Assembly: GCA_965662895.1 (NCBI GenBank)
Contig: CBFIJH010000002.1
Coordinates: 148,125 to 212,124, forward strand
Source of the DNA: Candidatus Poseidoniaceae archaeon
Lineage (GTDB): Archaea > Thermoplasmatota > Poseidoniia > Poseidoniales > Poseidoniaceae
Reading direction: 5' to 3'
DNA: 64,000 nt
Shown: positions 19,517-28,161 of the stretch, one piece after another
How positions within the stretch are numbered: the first letter of the stretch is position 1
Layout: every line of letters begins with the position of its first letter
Translations under genes and position numbers: made by a program
The notes under the pieces: generated by a model
Seen by the model: only the letters and a program-made list of their open reading frames with translations
What the model was told of the DNA's origin: nothing
The model's database searches: none

Positions 19517-20365
19517 ATGGAAGCAAACGAGCATTACCGTACAATGTTCCTCTCCGATTGGCATCTTGGCATGAAGGGCATCAAGTCGGCTGAACTTCTT
19601 GCATTCTTAGAAACTCATGACGCTGAGACGATTTATCTGATTGGGGATATCGTCGATCAATGGGTTCTCGGCAGAAAGTGGTCATGGAATTCGGACTGCG
19701 ACAATATCCTGCGCAACCTCTTGGAGAAAGCAGAGCGTGGAACAAAAATCATCTACATACCCGGGAACCACGATGATGGGTTTAGGGCTTGGGCGAATAC
19801 CTCCGTCAATGGAATAAGAATCCAAAAAGACGCAGTTCATACAACAGCGGATGGCCGCAAGCTCTGGATTCTGCATGGTGATGAATTCGATTTGTTCATG
19901 AGACATAGTAGATTTTTGGCAAATCTTGGCCATTCCATTGTTCAGTTGCTCATGAAACTGAACCGTCCCGTGACTTGGTTCCGAAAGAGAGTAGGGCTGA
20001 AACCTTGGTCACTTGCAACAATGGCAAGACGGGCTTTTCAAGGAAGCAGTAAGACCTACCGTAGATTCTCAACAGCGGTTACAGAAGAAGCGATGAAACT
20101 CGGTTACGATGGTGTTGTTTGTGGTCACATCCACAAGGCAGAATTCAAATTGATCAATGGAATTGAGTACTGGAACGATGGTGATTGGGTCGATTCATGT
20201 ACAGCAACCGTTGAGGCAATGGATGGAACGATGCAAATTGTCCATTATCAGCCGGCATCTGAGACCATCAAGGCATTGTGTGAGCGTGCTTCAATCCGAG
20301 ACTCAGAGATAACAAACAAACCCATTCTCCATCTTCCTGAGATTCTGGAACAGGTGGCTTCATGA
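19517..20365 (+). CDS. PlcP-like metallophosphoesterase (family usually annotated UDP-2,3-diacylglucosamine diphosphatase)
   Basis: YRTMFLSDWHLG, IYLIGDIVD, IYIPGNHDD, HTTADGRKLWILHGDEFD, GVVCGHIH, YWNDGDWVDSCTA. Confidence 0.82.
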   Translation: MEANEHYRTMFLSDWHLGMKGIKSAELLAFLETHDAETIYLIGDIVDQWVLGRKWSWNSDCDNILRNLLEKAERGTKIIYIPGNHDDGFRAWANTSVNGIRIQKDAVHTTADGRKLWILHGDEFDLFMRHSRFLANLGHSIVQLLMKLNRPVTWFRKRVGLKPWSLATMARRAFQGSSKTYRRFSTAVTEEAMKLGYDGVVCGHIHKAEFKLINGIEYWNDGDWVDSCTATVEAMDGTMQIVHYQPASETIKALCERASIRDSEITNKPILHLPEILEQVAS

Positions 20366-21501
20366 AAATCGCCTATGCACTTGCTGGAGAGGGACGAGGT
20401 CACGCAGTCAGAGCCATATCGCTTGCAAAAGGTCTCATAGAGCGCGGCCATGAAATTGATTTCTTTACCTGTGGTGATGCCCTCGAATTACTTCGGGAAA
20501 CGTTTGGTGCCAACGCGGTTCATGATCTCGAAACACCGAGATTTGTTATCGTTAGAAATCGAGTATCAATCTTGCGGACAGGAATTGCCTCAATTCGTTT
20601 CTTTGGCAAACAAGGTCGCAGAAAAAGAAAGTTTTCAAAGACATTACGCTCGATGAACATCGAAGCAGTTATTTCCGATTTTGAGCCAACGTTTCCAAGG
20701 GTCGCTCGTCGACTCAAACTTCCTTTGATTTCATTTAACTCTCAACGATTTGCCTTGGATGCAAAATTGGATGAAGTGCTGACATTTCGGCAACGGATGA
20801 AACTCTTTCCGATCAAAACCTTATGCTGGTTTTTTGCCCCAAAGCCACAACTTAGTTTGGTTTCAAAAGGGTTTAACCTGAAACCGAACAAGCCAACTGC
20901 ACATATACTCGGTCCAATGTTGCGGCCAGAATTTTTCCCAGGGGCATGGAGGCCAACAGGCACACATGCGATTGCCTATCTTCGAACAAGTGTGCTCCAA
21001 CACCTCCCAGCTATTGCTGCGCATGCTCAATCGCATGGCCTGTCTCTCAAATTGTACGGACATTACCCTGAAAATGTTCCTGACAACGTCGAGATCCGAC
21101 CTATATCGAACGACGGGTTCATTGAGGATCTTCTGACTGCAGACTGGATGATTCAAACCGCGGGTACACAACTCCTTGGAGAGGCCGGAACAATCTCTAT
21201 CCCATCGATCTGTATCCCCGAACCGGGACAAGTTGAGCAGGAAATCAATGGGATTCTCGCAGAAAAAACGTTGCCTAATGTGAAGGTTCTGCGTCCAAAG
21301 TCAACATCGATTCAGGAGATTGATGCAATGCTTGAGACATGCCGCAAAGCATCGACGACTTCAAACATCGAAAACGGAAAAAAACAGGCCGTTGCAATTG
21401 TTGATGAATTTTTAAACGGTTTAGAACGAGAGACAACCTTGTCTGAACCAAAGCAAGACCTTGATCTCCAGTTAACAAATGAACAACCTTCCTCAAATTG
21501 A
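20362..21501 (+). CDS. Glycosyltransferase, MJ1255/VC2487-like GT-B family
   Basis: MKIAYALAGEGRGHAVR, VISDFEP, TAGTQLLGEA, PEPGQVEQEIN; ATGA overlap with the upstream gene. Confidence 0.82.
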   Translation: MKIAYALAGEGRGHAVRAISLAKGLIERGHEIDFFTCGDALELLRETFGANAVHDLETPRFVIVRNRVSILRTGIASIRFFGKQGRRKRKFSKTLRSMNIEAVISDFEPTFPRVARRLKLPLISFNSQRFALDAKLDEVLTFRQRMKLFPIKTLCWFFAPKPQLSLVSKGFNLKPNKPTAHILGPMLRPEFFPGAWRPTGTHAIAYLRTSVLQHLPAIAAHAQSHGLSLKLYGHYPENVPDNVEIRPISNDGFIEDLLTADWMIQTAGTQLLGEAGTISIPSICIPEPGQVEQEINGILAEKTLPNVKVLRPKSTSIQEIDAMLETCRKASTTSNIENGKKQAVAIVDEFLNGLERETTLSEPKQDLDLQLTNEQPSSN

Positions 21502-21563
21502 TGAGGTTTAATCATTCAACGAGATTCTGTCAATTGTTTGCCTATTGGTTCCAGGCGTCGAAA

Positions 21564-22235
21564 TTAATCGCGAATGGTTTGGAGCATATCCGAAACGTAT
21601 GGTTTGACACTGGCCCATACCTCGCTGTGGACCTCGCCGACCGAACCTCGAGTGTGAACTACGGGGTACCCCTCAAGTTCTGCTCTTTTCTCGAAGGCCT
21701 TTCTGAGGAGCTTCTGATACGCCAAAAATGAGTGAGTGATGGAGGGAGACAATCCCATGTCAGCCCCAGCTTCGTAATGGTTGAGTTTTGTCAGCGATTC
21801 GTTGTACATCATACGGTTGAGCAGGCGGCGTCCGCCCGCAAGAAGTGTCACGGTCACATCCGCCTCTGGCATGTCTCGGTACAATCCCTGAATCCATTCC
21901 GCATCGCCGCCTCGGACGGTCTCCCGAATCAACGGCGTTGTGGTGTAACGATCGGCGATGACAACAAAACCGGCCTCCATGAGCGGCTGGACCTCGTGAA
22001 TGTACTGGTCGTGCAAATCGGTCGCATAGAGAAGGGCACGAGTTCGCCAGTTCAATTGATGAAGATCTGAATGTGAACGCTTGATGAGGTCTCCGAGAAG
22101 TTCCGAACGGGCAAGCCCAACAACCACCACGGCGACGCCGTGGGCTTGTAGCCGTTCACTCAGTAACCGCACGTGCATTGAACGGCCAACATTATCCGGC
22201 CCTTCGATGACAATGAGTTTCCCTCCTGTCGTCAT
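21564..22235 (-). CDS. Thymidylate-kinase-like protein with degenerate P-loop (putative second PPK3-like subunit)
   Basis: LIVIEGPDNVGRSM (Lys to Arg), LLYATD, VIADRY, YEAGADM; 4-nt overlap with the upstream paralog. Confidence 0.75.
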   Translation of the reverse strand: MTTGGKLIVIEGPDNVGRSMHVRLLSERLQAHGVAVVVVGLARSELLGDLIKRSHSDLHQLNWRTRALLYATDLHDQYIHEVQPLMEAGFVVIADRYTTTPLIRETVRGGDAEWIQGLYRDMPEADVTVTLLAGGRRLLNRMMYNESLTKLNHYEAGADMGLSPSITHSFLAYQKLLRKAFEKRAELEGYPVVHTRGSVGEVHSEVWASVKPYVSDMLQTIRD

Positions 22236-22987
22236 GCGTCATCCTCCAGAGCACTCCAGTCAAACGATGATGTGCGAATCATCTCGGCTACCCGGTCGTT
22301 TTCGTCAATGGGTTGAATGTTGTCGAGATCCACGTGCTCTGAAATCATTGCACGCACGCGAGATTGGACCTCTGCAACGGTCCCCAAGGCGTCTACTCGG
22401 ACAATACGACCATCTCGAACCAGAGCGTCGTAGATTTCCTTGATTTTACCCTGAAGTATCTTGTAGGATTCAAACGGGTCGAATGTCCATCCCATGTCCA
22501 GGCCAGCTTCGTAATACTTCAGTGTCGGCCGGCCTTTGATAATCCGGTCGTATCCAATTTCAGGAGGGATATCAAAGTACAGGGTTATGTCTGGTTCTCT
22601 AGCAAACGAATAGTTCGATTCGATGGTATCTCGTTTGACACCTCGGGCACCATCTCTCGCCATTGCCGTGAATTTGTATCGGTCGCAGATTACGATGCCA
22701 CCAACCTCCAGCATCGGCTCAATTTGCTTGCTCCAGCGGTCTGCAAAGTCTGCAGCATGGATGAGGTGGAAGGTTTGTGGCTTGAGTCGTTTTGTGTTCT
22801 TGCCGGCCTTCGTGGCTTCTGCAACAACCGGACTTGAGTTCCATTCAGTGTGGTGTACCGGCAGTCCCAGTGCACGAATCCAGTTGAACAAAAGCATAGC
22901 CTGAGTTGATTTACCGCTTCCATCCATGCCTTCGACAGCAATCAATAGACCCCGTTCAAGTGGTAATTTTTCACGTACTTCGGACAA
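22232..22987 (-). CDS. Thymidylate-kinase-like protein with canonical P-loop (putative PPK3-like subunit)
   Basis: LIAVEGMDGSGKSTQ, TEWNSS, LIHAADFADR, CDRY, YYEAGLD. In-frame TTG start at 22987 follows SD-like GGGTGTGAT; the ORF track start is 23059. Confidence 0.8.
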   Translation of the reverse strand: MSEVREKLPLERGLLIAVEGMDGSGKSTQAMLLFNWIRALGLPVHHTEWNSSPVVAEATKAGKNTKRLKPQTFHLIHAADFADRWSKQIEPMLEVGGIVICDRYKFTAMARDGARGVKRDTIESNYSFAREPDITLYFDIPPEIGYDRIIKGRPTLKYYEAGLDMGWTFDPFESYKILQGKIKEIYDALVRDGRIVRVDALGTVAEVQSRVRAMISEHVDLDNIQPIDENDRVAEMIRTSSFDWSALEDDA

Positions 22988-23036
22988 TGCATCACACCCG
23001 TTCGATTGTTTGTAGAACCTTCCGAATTTATTACCA

Positions 23037-23046
23037 TCTATTGAGA
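23037..23046 (-). promoter_or_regulatory. Candidate operator TCTCAATAGA upstream of the kinase pair
   Basis: Plus strand TCTATTGAGA is the reverse complement of the 19441 motif and lies just downstream of a TTATAATA TATA-like box. Confidence 0.35.
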
Positions 23047-23089
23047 TATTATAATCCAAGTTTTTTTGTAATCTCAGTGTATGAATTCT

Positions 23090-23902
23090 TCAATAAAAGA
23101 TGGAACAACAGGTGATTGAGCCATCAGCTTCTCGAATCTGATCCATCTTGAGAACAATCGGTTCCAAACCTTTCTGCTTGAGTGCCTTTAGAACCGTTGG
23201 ATAGCCTTCTGCAACGAGGACTTTCCCGTTTTCAAAACCAATCGTGTTGCACCCGTAGACTTCTTCTTCAGGCATCAGCAGGACTTCGCAACCTTCTGGG
23301 AGTTCACCGAAATCCTCCGCAGTAAGGTAACCCTCTGCGGTGAGAATAATGTTGTCGGTTGGTGTTGAGGAAATGGAGGTGAGATGGAGGGCTTTCTCTA
23401 TTGGAATGTCGACAATACGCAACTCATGACCAAGGTGTGTCAGAAGGTTGCGTAGTGTTTCAATTCCTGCTTCATTTGTTCGCTCTGAGCGACCAACGAA
23501 GAAGATGTCACCGAGTCGTAGAATGTCGCCACCATCCATTCGAGCATCGCCAAACATACCACAGACTTGGAACCCGTTGAGTTGTCGTGAAAGGAAATCT
23601 GCGATTGGCGGTTGTTCTCCAACACGTGACGGGTGGCCAGGTACTGGTAGGAGCACGTGACCGTCGATAACGATGGCTTGATCTTCAACAAAAATACAGT
23701 CAGGGTGGTTGTTGTCTGCAGGAAGGATGGTCACCTCAAGGCCGATGTCCAAAAGCGCTTGGACATAGGCTGCATGTTGTGTTTTTGCCAATGCAATATC
23801 GGTTGGTCCAGAACCGAAATAGTTGGCTATTGCATCGGAGAAAGAGCGAGGAACGGCCCTCATGAGGACACGTTGCTTCTGGTCCGTGCGGACAGTAGCC
23901 AT
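23090..23902 (-). CDS. Dimethylarginine dimethylaminohydrolase / amidinotransferase family
   Basis: QHAAYVQAL, PDCIFVED, HPSRVGE, MDGGDIL, VGRSERTNEAG, LHLTS, DGSITCCS (catalytic Cys). Confidence 0.88.
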   Translation of the reverse strand: MATVRTDQKQRVLMRAVPRSFSDAIANYFGSGPTDIALAKTQHAAYVQALLDIGLEVTILPADNNHPDCIFVEDQAIVIDGHVLLPVPGHPSRVGEQPPIADFLSRQLNGFQVCGMFGDARMDGGDILRLGDIFFVGRSERTNEAGIETLRNLLTHLGHELRIVDIPIEKALHLTSISSTPTDNIILTAEGYLTAEDFGELPEGCEVLLMPEEEVYGCNTIGFENGKVLVAEGYPTVLKALKQKGLEPIVLKMDQIREADGSITCCSIFY

Positions 23903-23999
23903 GATTGACCGGCCAATCATCGTCATTTAATCCTTGGTGAGTGATTGAAACGTGCCAAAGACCATTGAATTGAAACATAAGTTGCGAGTGGGGTTTAGT

Positions 24000-25592
24000 A
24001 TGCGCCTCTCAGTACAGGCTTTTGGACTCATGTTCTTGATGGTTCTTGCACCGTTATCCGGGTGCTTTGGTGAAAATGAGGTTGAAACTCTTGACGCAAC
24101 TTCTCTTTCTGTCCTGGAATCCGAATCGTTGCAGGCCGGAATGTGGCAAACCATTACGCTGGAGGCAAGTGACGATCTCGCAGTCTTCGTTCCATACTTT
24201 GTTCAAGATCCTGGCTCAATGCGCGCACAAAACGGAACCGTCCTTGATATGAATTCTGGAGATAAAGCAAGCGTGAACATCCTCTTCCCGCCTCGAAATG
24301 AAGAAATTGTCTTCTTCTTGGGCGACTTTGGACGCGTTGATTGGCCGATACGTGAACCGGATCAGTCGTGGATGGCATGGCTTGAGAATCCAAGCACCGG
24401 TTCCGCTGTACAAGCTGTCGAAAACCAAGATACTGGCGGACTTTGGCCTTGGCTGGTTCCAGGAAACGAAACAGGAAACATTCCCGTCCCAATGGTTATG
24501 GAAACAAGTCGTCCATCCCGTGCAGATTTGGACGAAGACAATGGCGTTGGGGCGAGTGCAGGATGGGTGAACGGACGTGATGTCTATGACTGGGTGGATT
24601 TCATCACGGACGATACACCATGTGCAACGTGTGGGCCAGATGGAGCGGTTGGCTATCTTGACCGATGGATTGGAAATGCAAATCCTTCTTACGAACACGC
24701 CGTGACCTACTTTGAAGGCGTCATGCTTGGATATGGATTGGACCGGGTTGAAGTCCACCGTTTCCAATCAAACACTGCTTGGTCGGTCAATATTTGCGGA
24801 TACAAAGATGGCTCTGTTTACCCCAACGAATGGCTCATTTTCGGAGCGCACTTCGATATCGCACCTCCCGTTGCATACACGCCCGGTGCAGAAATCGGCA
24901 TTCCCGGATACGGCACTCGTCACGGCGCATACGACAATGCTGCAGGTTCGAGTATGGTGCTTACAACAGCCAGCGTTCTTGCTGATTTTGATGCTCGACG
25001 AACGATGGTCTTCTGTCTCTGGTCTTCAGAAGAAGAAGGTCTCTGGGGATCACGTTCCTTTGCAAACGACTTGCCTGATGGCGTCACCGTTAGCAATTAT
25101 CTCAATCTTGACATGGCTGGTGTGAACTATCCGGGCGATTATGCACTTTCTGTATATCTTGGCCCAGATGGAACGCAAGAAGGGATTGATCAAGCAGGAA
25201 TGTTCCACCTTGCAGAGTGGATTGGTGCAGATGCACTTGACCTTGGCTACGAGATGGAACGGGGACGCGAAGCATGGCTTGAAGGTGGAGAGAGCCCGCT
25301 GTGGGGAGACATCTACGAGGATACGGTAGCAATCTACGAATCGCCAACAGCTCGAAGCGATCATGATTCGTTCCAAAACATCGGTGTAGCAACTCTTGGT
25401 TGGAACGGACTTGTCGATGGATATCCGTGCTATCACAGAGAATGTGACACGATGGAGACGATGATTGATTACATGGGAACGGACAATTCTACCGGAATCA
25501 ACAATTTGGTTCACTCATGGGATATCGTGACCTGGTGGGCTGTTTATGCGTTCTTGCACATGGACCAGACGCCAGTTCCAAACGAGTTGTAA
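24000..25592 (+). CDS. M28 family metallopeptidase, lipoprotein
   Basis: Lipobox LSGC; GAHFD, GAYDNAAG, SEEEGLWGS, NLDMAG, RSDHDSF, YH..CDT. Confidence 0.9.
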   Translation: MRLSVQAFGLMFLMVLAPLSGCFGENEVETLDATSLSVLESESLQAGMWQTITLEASDDLAVFVPYFVQDPGSMRAQNGTVLDMNSGDKASVNILFPPRNEEIVFFLGDFGRVDWPIREPDQSWMAWLENPSTGSAVQAVENQDTGGLWPWLVPGNETGNIPVPMVMETSRPSRADLDEDNGVGASAGWVNGRDVYDWVDFITDDTPCATCGPDGAVGYLDRWIGNANPSYEHAVTYFEGVMLGYGLDRVEVHRFQSNTAWSVNICGYKDGSVYPNEWLIFGAHFDIAPPVAYTPGAEIGIPGYGTRHGAYDNAAGSSMVLTTASVLADFDARRTMVFCLWSSEEEGLWGSRSFANDLPDGVTVSNYLNLDMAGVNYPGDYALSVYLGPDGTQEGIDQAGMFHLAEWIGADALDLGYEMERGREAWLEGGESPLWGDIYEDTVAIYESPTARSDHDSFQNIGVATLGWNGLVDGYPCYHRECDTMETMIDYMGTDNSTGINNLVHSWDIVTWWAVYAFLHMDQTPVPNEL

Positions 25593-25638
25593 AACCGTCG
25601 GCAAAAAGCATATAATTTTGAGATGCATATACGCATTC

Positions 25639-26253
25639 ATGGTTCTTATTGAGTGTCCACATTGCGAGGAACATATTGAATTGGAAGACGATGCAGTTGG
25701 GTTGTTTTCATGCCCGCATTGCGAGGGTGAATTTGAATGGGGGGAGGAGACTCCTTCCTCAAATGTAATGAACGAATACGCCTCGATGAGCCATGATCAC
25801 TTTCTATCACATCCAGCGACACGAATTACAGTCGGTTCAACGGTTGCGACTGTTTTTGGTGCTATGGGGATATTTACTGGAATTTTGCCCCTTCTCGGAG
25901 GGCTCTTTTTCTCCGAATTGGGATTGGGCAGTCTCGGCGGTTTCCTCATCCTGACCGGCCTGTTTTTCTTCGCTATCGGGGGATTCGGAATTTTTGTTGG
26001 TGTCAAGATTGCCCAGGGAAAACTGTGGGCTTTGGTGACGAGCTTCGTCCTTTCCGTTCTTTTGACATTGATTCAAATCGTGGGATGGCTGTTCTCAGAG
26101 GACGGTTGTGCTGAATATGATTTCTGGACGGGTGAGTGCGTGGAAACGTATTCCGCGCCATTCCCAATTTTGGGATTCTTACTGTTCGTCACGCTTGCAG
26201 GAAGCATCGGAACCTTGCTTTTCCACCCAGCAGGGCGATACCAGTTCGATTGA
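25639..26253 (+). CDS. Zinc-ribbon membrane protein
   Basis: N-terminal ECPHC-x14-SCPHC followed by ~4 TM helices. Confidence 0.7.
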   Translation: MVLIECPHCEEHIELEDDAVGLFSCPHCEGEFEWGEETPSSNVMNEYASMSHDHFLSHPATRITVGSTVATVFGAMGIFTGILPLLGGLFFSELGLGSLGGFLILTGLFFFAIGGFGIFVGVKIAQGKLWALVTSFVLSVLLTLIQIVGWLFSEDGCAEYDFWTGECVETYSAPFPILGFLLFVTLAGSIGTLLFHPAGRYQFD

Positions 26254-26254
26254 A

Positions 26255-26677
26255 TTAATACTGCTCGAGCACAAGTTCAGTGGTTGTGGATGCGATTTCG
26301 TTGTCTGCAGCCATCCACATCTTGTCCAAAAGTGAGCGAAGCGCTACCGTATCGTCGACGTGTACGAGTGCAACCAAATCTGCCTCACCAGACACCTCAT
26401 AAATGATTTCAACACCTTCCCAACCGGTTACTTCGGATGCAAACGATCCGATTTCAACACCGGGCGAGACTTTGATTCGAATAAGTGCAGTAAGGCCAAT
26501 CCCGCTCTCTCGAACGGTGTATCCTCGAATCGTTCCGTTTTCTTCCATGGTGCGGATATGCGTTCGAACGGTGCGCTCGCTGGCACCGACTTCCTTTGCA
26601 AGATCAACATAGGACATTCTGCCGTTTTTTCGGAGTTGTGCTAGAATGGCTCGATCAATTTCTGAGATGCGCGTCAT
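26255..26677 (-). CDS. Lrp/AsnC family transcriptional regulator
   Basis: IDRAILAQLRKNGRMSYVDLAKEVGASERTVRTHI...GTIRGYT; YEVSGEADL. Confidence 0.93.
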   Translation of the reverse strand: MTRISEIDRAILAQLRKNGRMSYVDLAKEVGASERTVRTHIRTMEENGTIRGYTVRESGIGLTALIRIKVSPGVEIGSFASEVTGWEGVEIIYEVSGEADLVALVHVDDTVALRSLLDKMWMAADNEIASTTTELVLEQY

Positions 26678-26859
26678 GACATTCGCTCCGCATATCGGTA
26701 TATCAAACCTTTCACGAACGATTACTGTAAATTAATTTAAAATTTAGGACAGAATCCGGAAAAACACCAGCATAAAATGGAATGATTTGAAGAGAGATTT
26801 TTCACATCGGACATTCCATTTAATTCAAAGAGCGCCTTCATGTGGAAGAAATGAGACAC

Positions 26860-28110
26860 ATGGCGGATTTGATTTCTAGTTTAGATGCGCGAATGGTTTT
26901 GGATAGTCGAGGGAATCCCACGATAGAAGTCGATTGTTTCGTAGACGGACGCCTCCAGGGCCGGGCGATGGTTCCCTCAGGCGCTTCCACAGGCCAGCAC
27001 GAGGCGCTGGAAATGCGTGACGGTGACATGGAAAAGTGGCTTGGTAAAGGTGTTGACCTGGCCGTAAATCACGTCAAGACTACAATTGCAGACGCTCTTG
27101 TTGGAATGACCGTCGACAATCAAAAAGAAATCGATCGAACGATGCTTGAACTTGATGGAACACCAAACAAATCCAATCTTGGTGCAAACGCAATGCTTGG
27201 CGCATCACTTGCAGTGCTTCATGCAGGTGCAGCCTCACAAGGTGTCCCACTTTGGAAATACATCAGCGGAGATTCAGCGGGTCGAATGCCTGTTCCAATG
27301 TTGAACATCCTGAATGGCGGAGCTCACGCAGCATCGAACGTTGATGTGCAAGAGTTCATGGTCATGCCGCATGGTTTCTCCTCGTTTGGAGAAGGCCTTC
27401 GTGCGGGCGTCGAAATCTATCATCAACTGAAGAGTGAGCTGAAAGCAGATGGGTTGCTTGGAGGCGTTGGTGATGAAGGAGGGTTTGCTCCAAATCTTCC
27501 TGCAAACGAAGATGGTTTGCGATACATGGTTCGGGCGATTGAAGGGGCTGGCTACACCATCGATGATGTAGGAATTGCGCTTGATGTGGCAGCAACAGAG
27601 TTTGAGAAAAACGAAGGCTATCACATGGATGGAAAGGTTCTCTCTTCCGATCAAATGGTGGATATGTACAGCGACTGGTTGGATGCGTACCCGATTTTGT
27701 CCATTGAGGATGGCTTGGGAGAGAACGATTGGGATGGATGGACTGCACTGACAAAACAAGAAGGACATCGAGTCCAAGTTGTCGGGGACGATTTGTTCGT
27801 CACACAATCCGAGCGACTTGCTCAAGGCATATCGATGGGTGCAGCGAATGCAATGCTGGTCAAAGTCAATCAGGTTGGTACGGTAACTGAAACACTCGAA
27901 GCGATGGAATTAGCAACTTCGAATGGATACAGAAATGTTGTTTCGCATCGCAGCGGAGAGACCGAAGACACAACCATTGCAGATCTTGCAGTGGGCACGC
28001 GTGCAGGACAAATCAAAACCGGGGCCCCTGCTCGATCAGACCGCGTCTCAAAATACAACCAACTCCTCCGGATTTCAGAAGAAGTGAAAGAATATTTTTC
28101 ACCTTTCTAA
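26860..28110 (+). CDS. eno: Enolase
   Basis: LDSRGNPTIEV, VPSGASTG, LGANA, GDEGGFAP, VGDDLFVT, SHRSGETED, GQIKTG. Confidence 0.98.
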   Translation: MADLISSLDARMVLDSRGNPTIEVDCFVDGRLQGRAMVPSGASTGQHEALEMRDGDMEKWLGKGVDLAVNHVKTTIADALVGMTVDNQKEIDRTMLELDGTPNKSNLGANAMLGASLAVLHAGAASQGVPLWKYISGDSAGRMPVPMLNILNGGAHAASNVDVQEFMVMPHGFSSFGEGLRAGVEIYHQLKSELKADGLLGGVGDEGGFAPNLPANEDGLRYMVRAIEGAGYTIDDVGIALDVAATEFEKNEGYHMDGKVLSSDQMVDMYSDWLDAYPILSIEDGLGENDWDGWTALTKQEGHRVQVVGDDLFVTQSERLAQGISMGAANAMLVKVNQVGTVTETLEAMELATSNGYRNVVSHRSGETEDTTIADLAVGTRAGQIKTGAPARSDRVSKYNQLLRISEEVKEYFSPF

Positions 28111-28161
28111 CATTCCTGCGTGTATACATTGGGTTATAAGGAAGGTAACATCGCTGAGACC

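Noticed and set aside
19517-20365. LpxH / lipid A biosynthesis
   Set aside because: GNHD rather than GNRD, no other lpx genes in the window, archaeal context.
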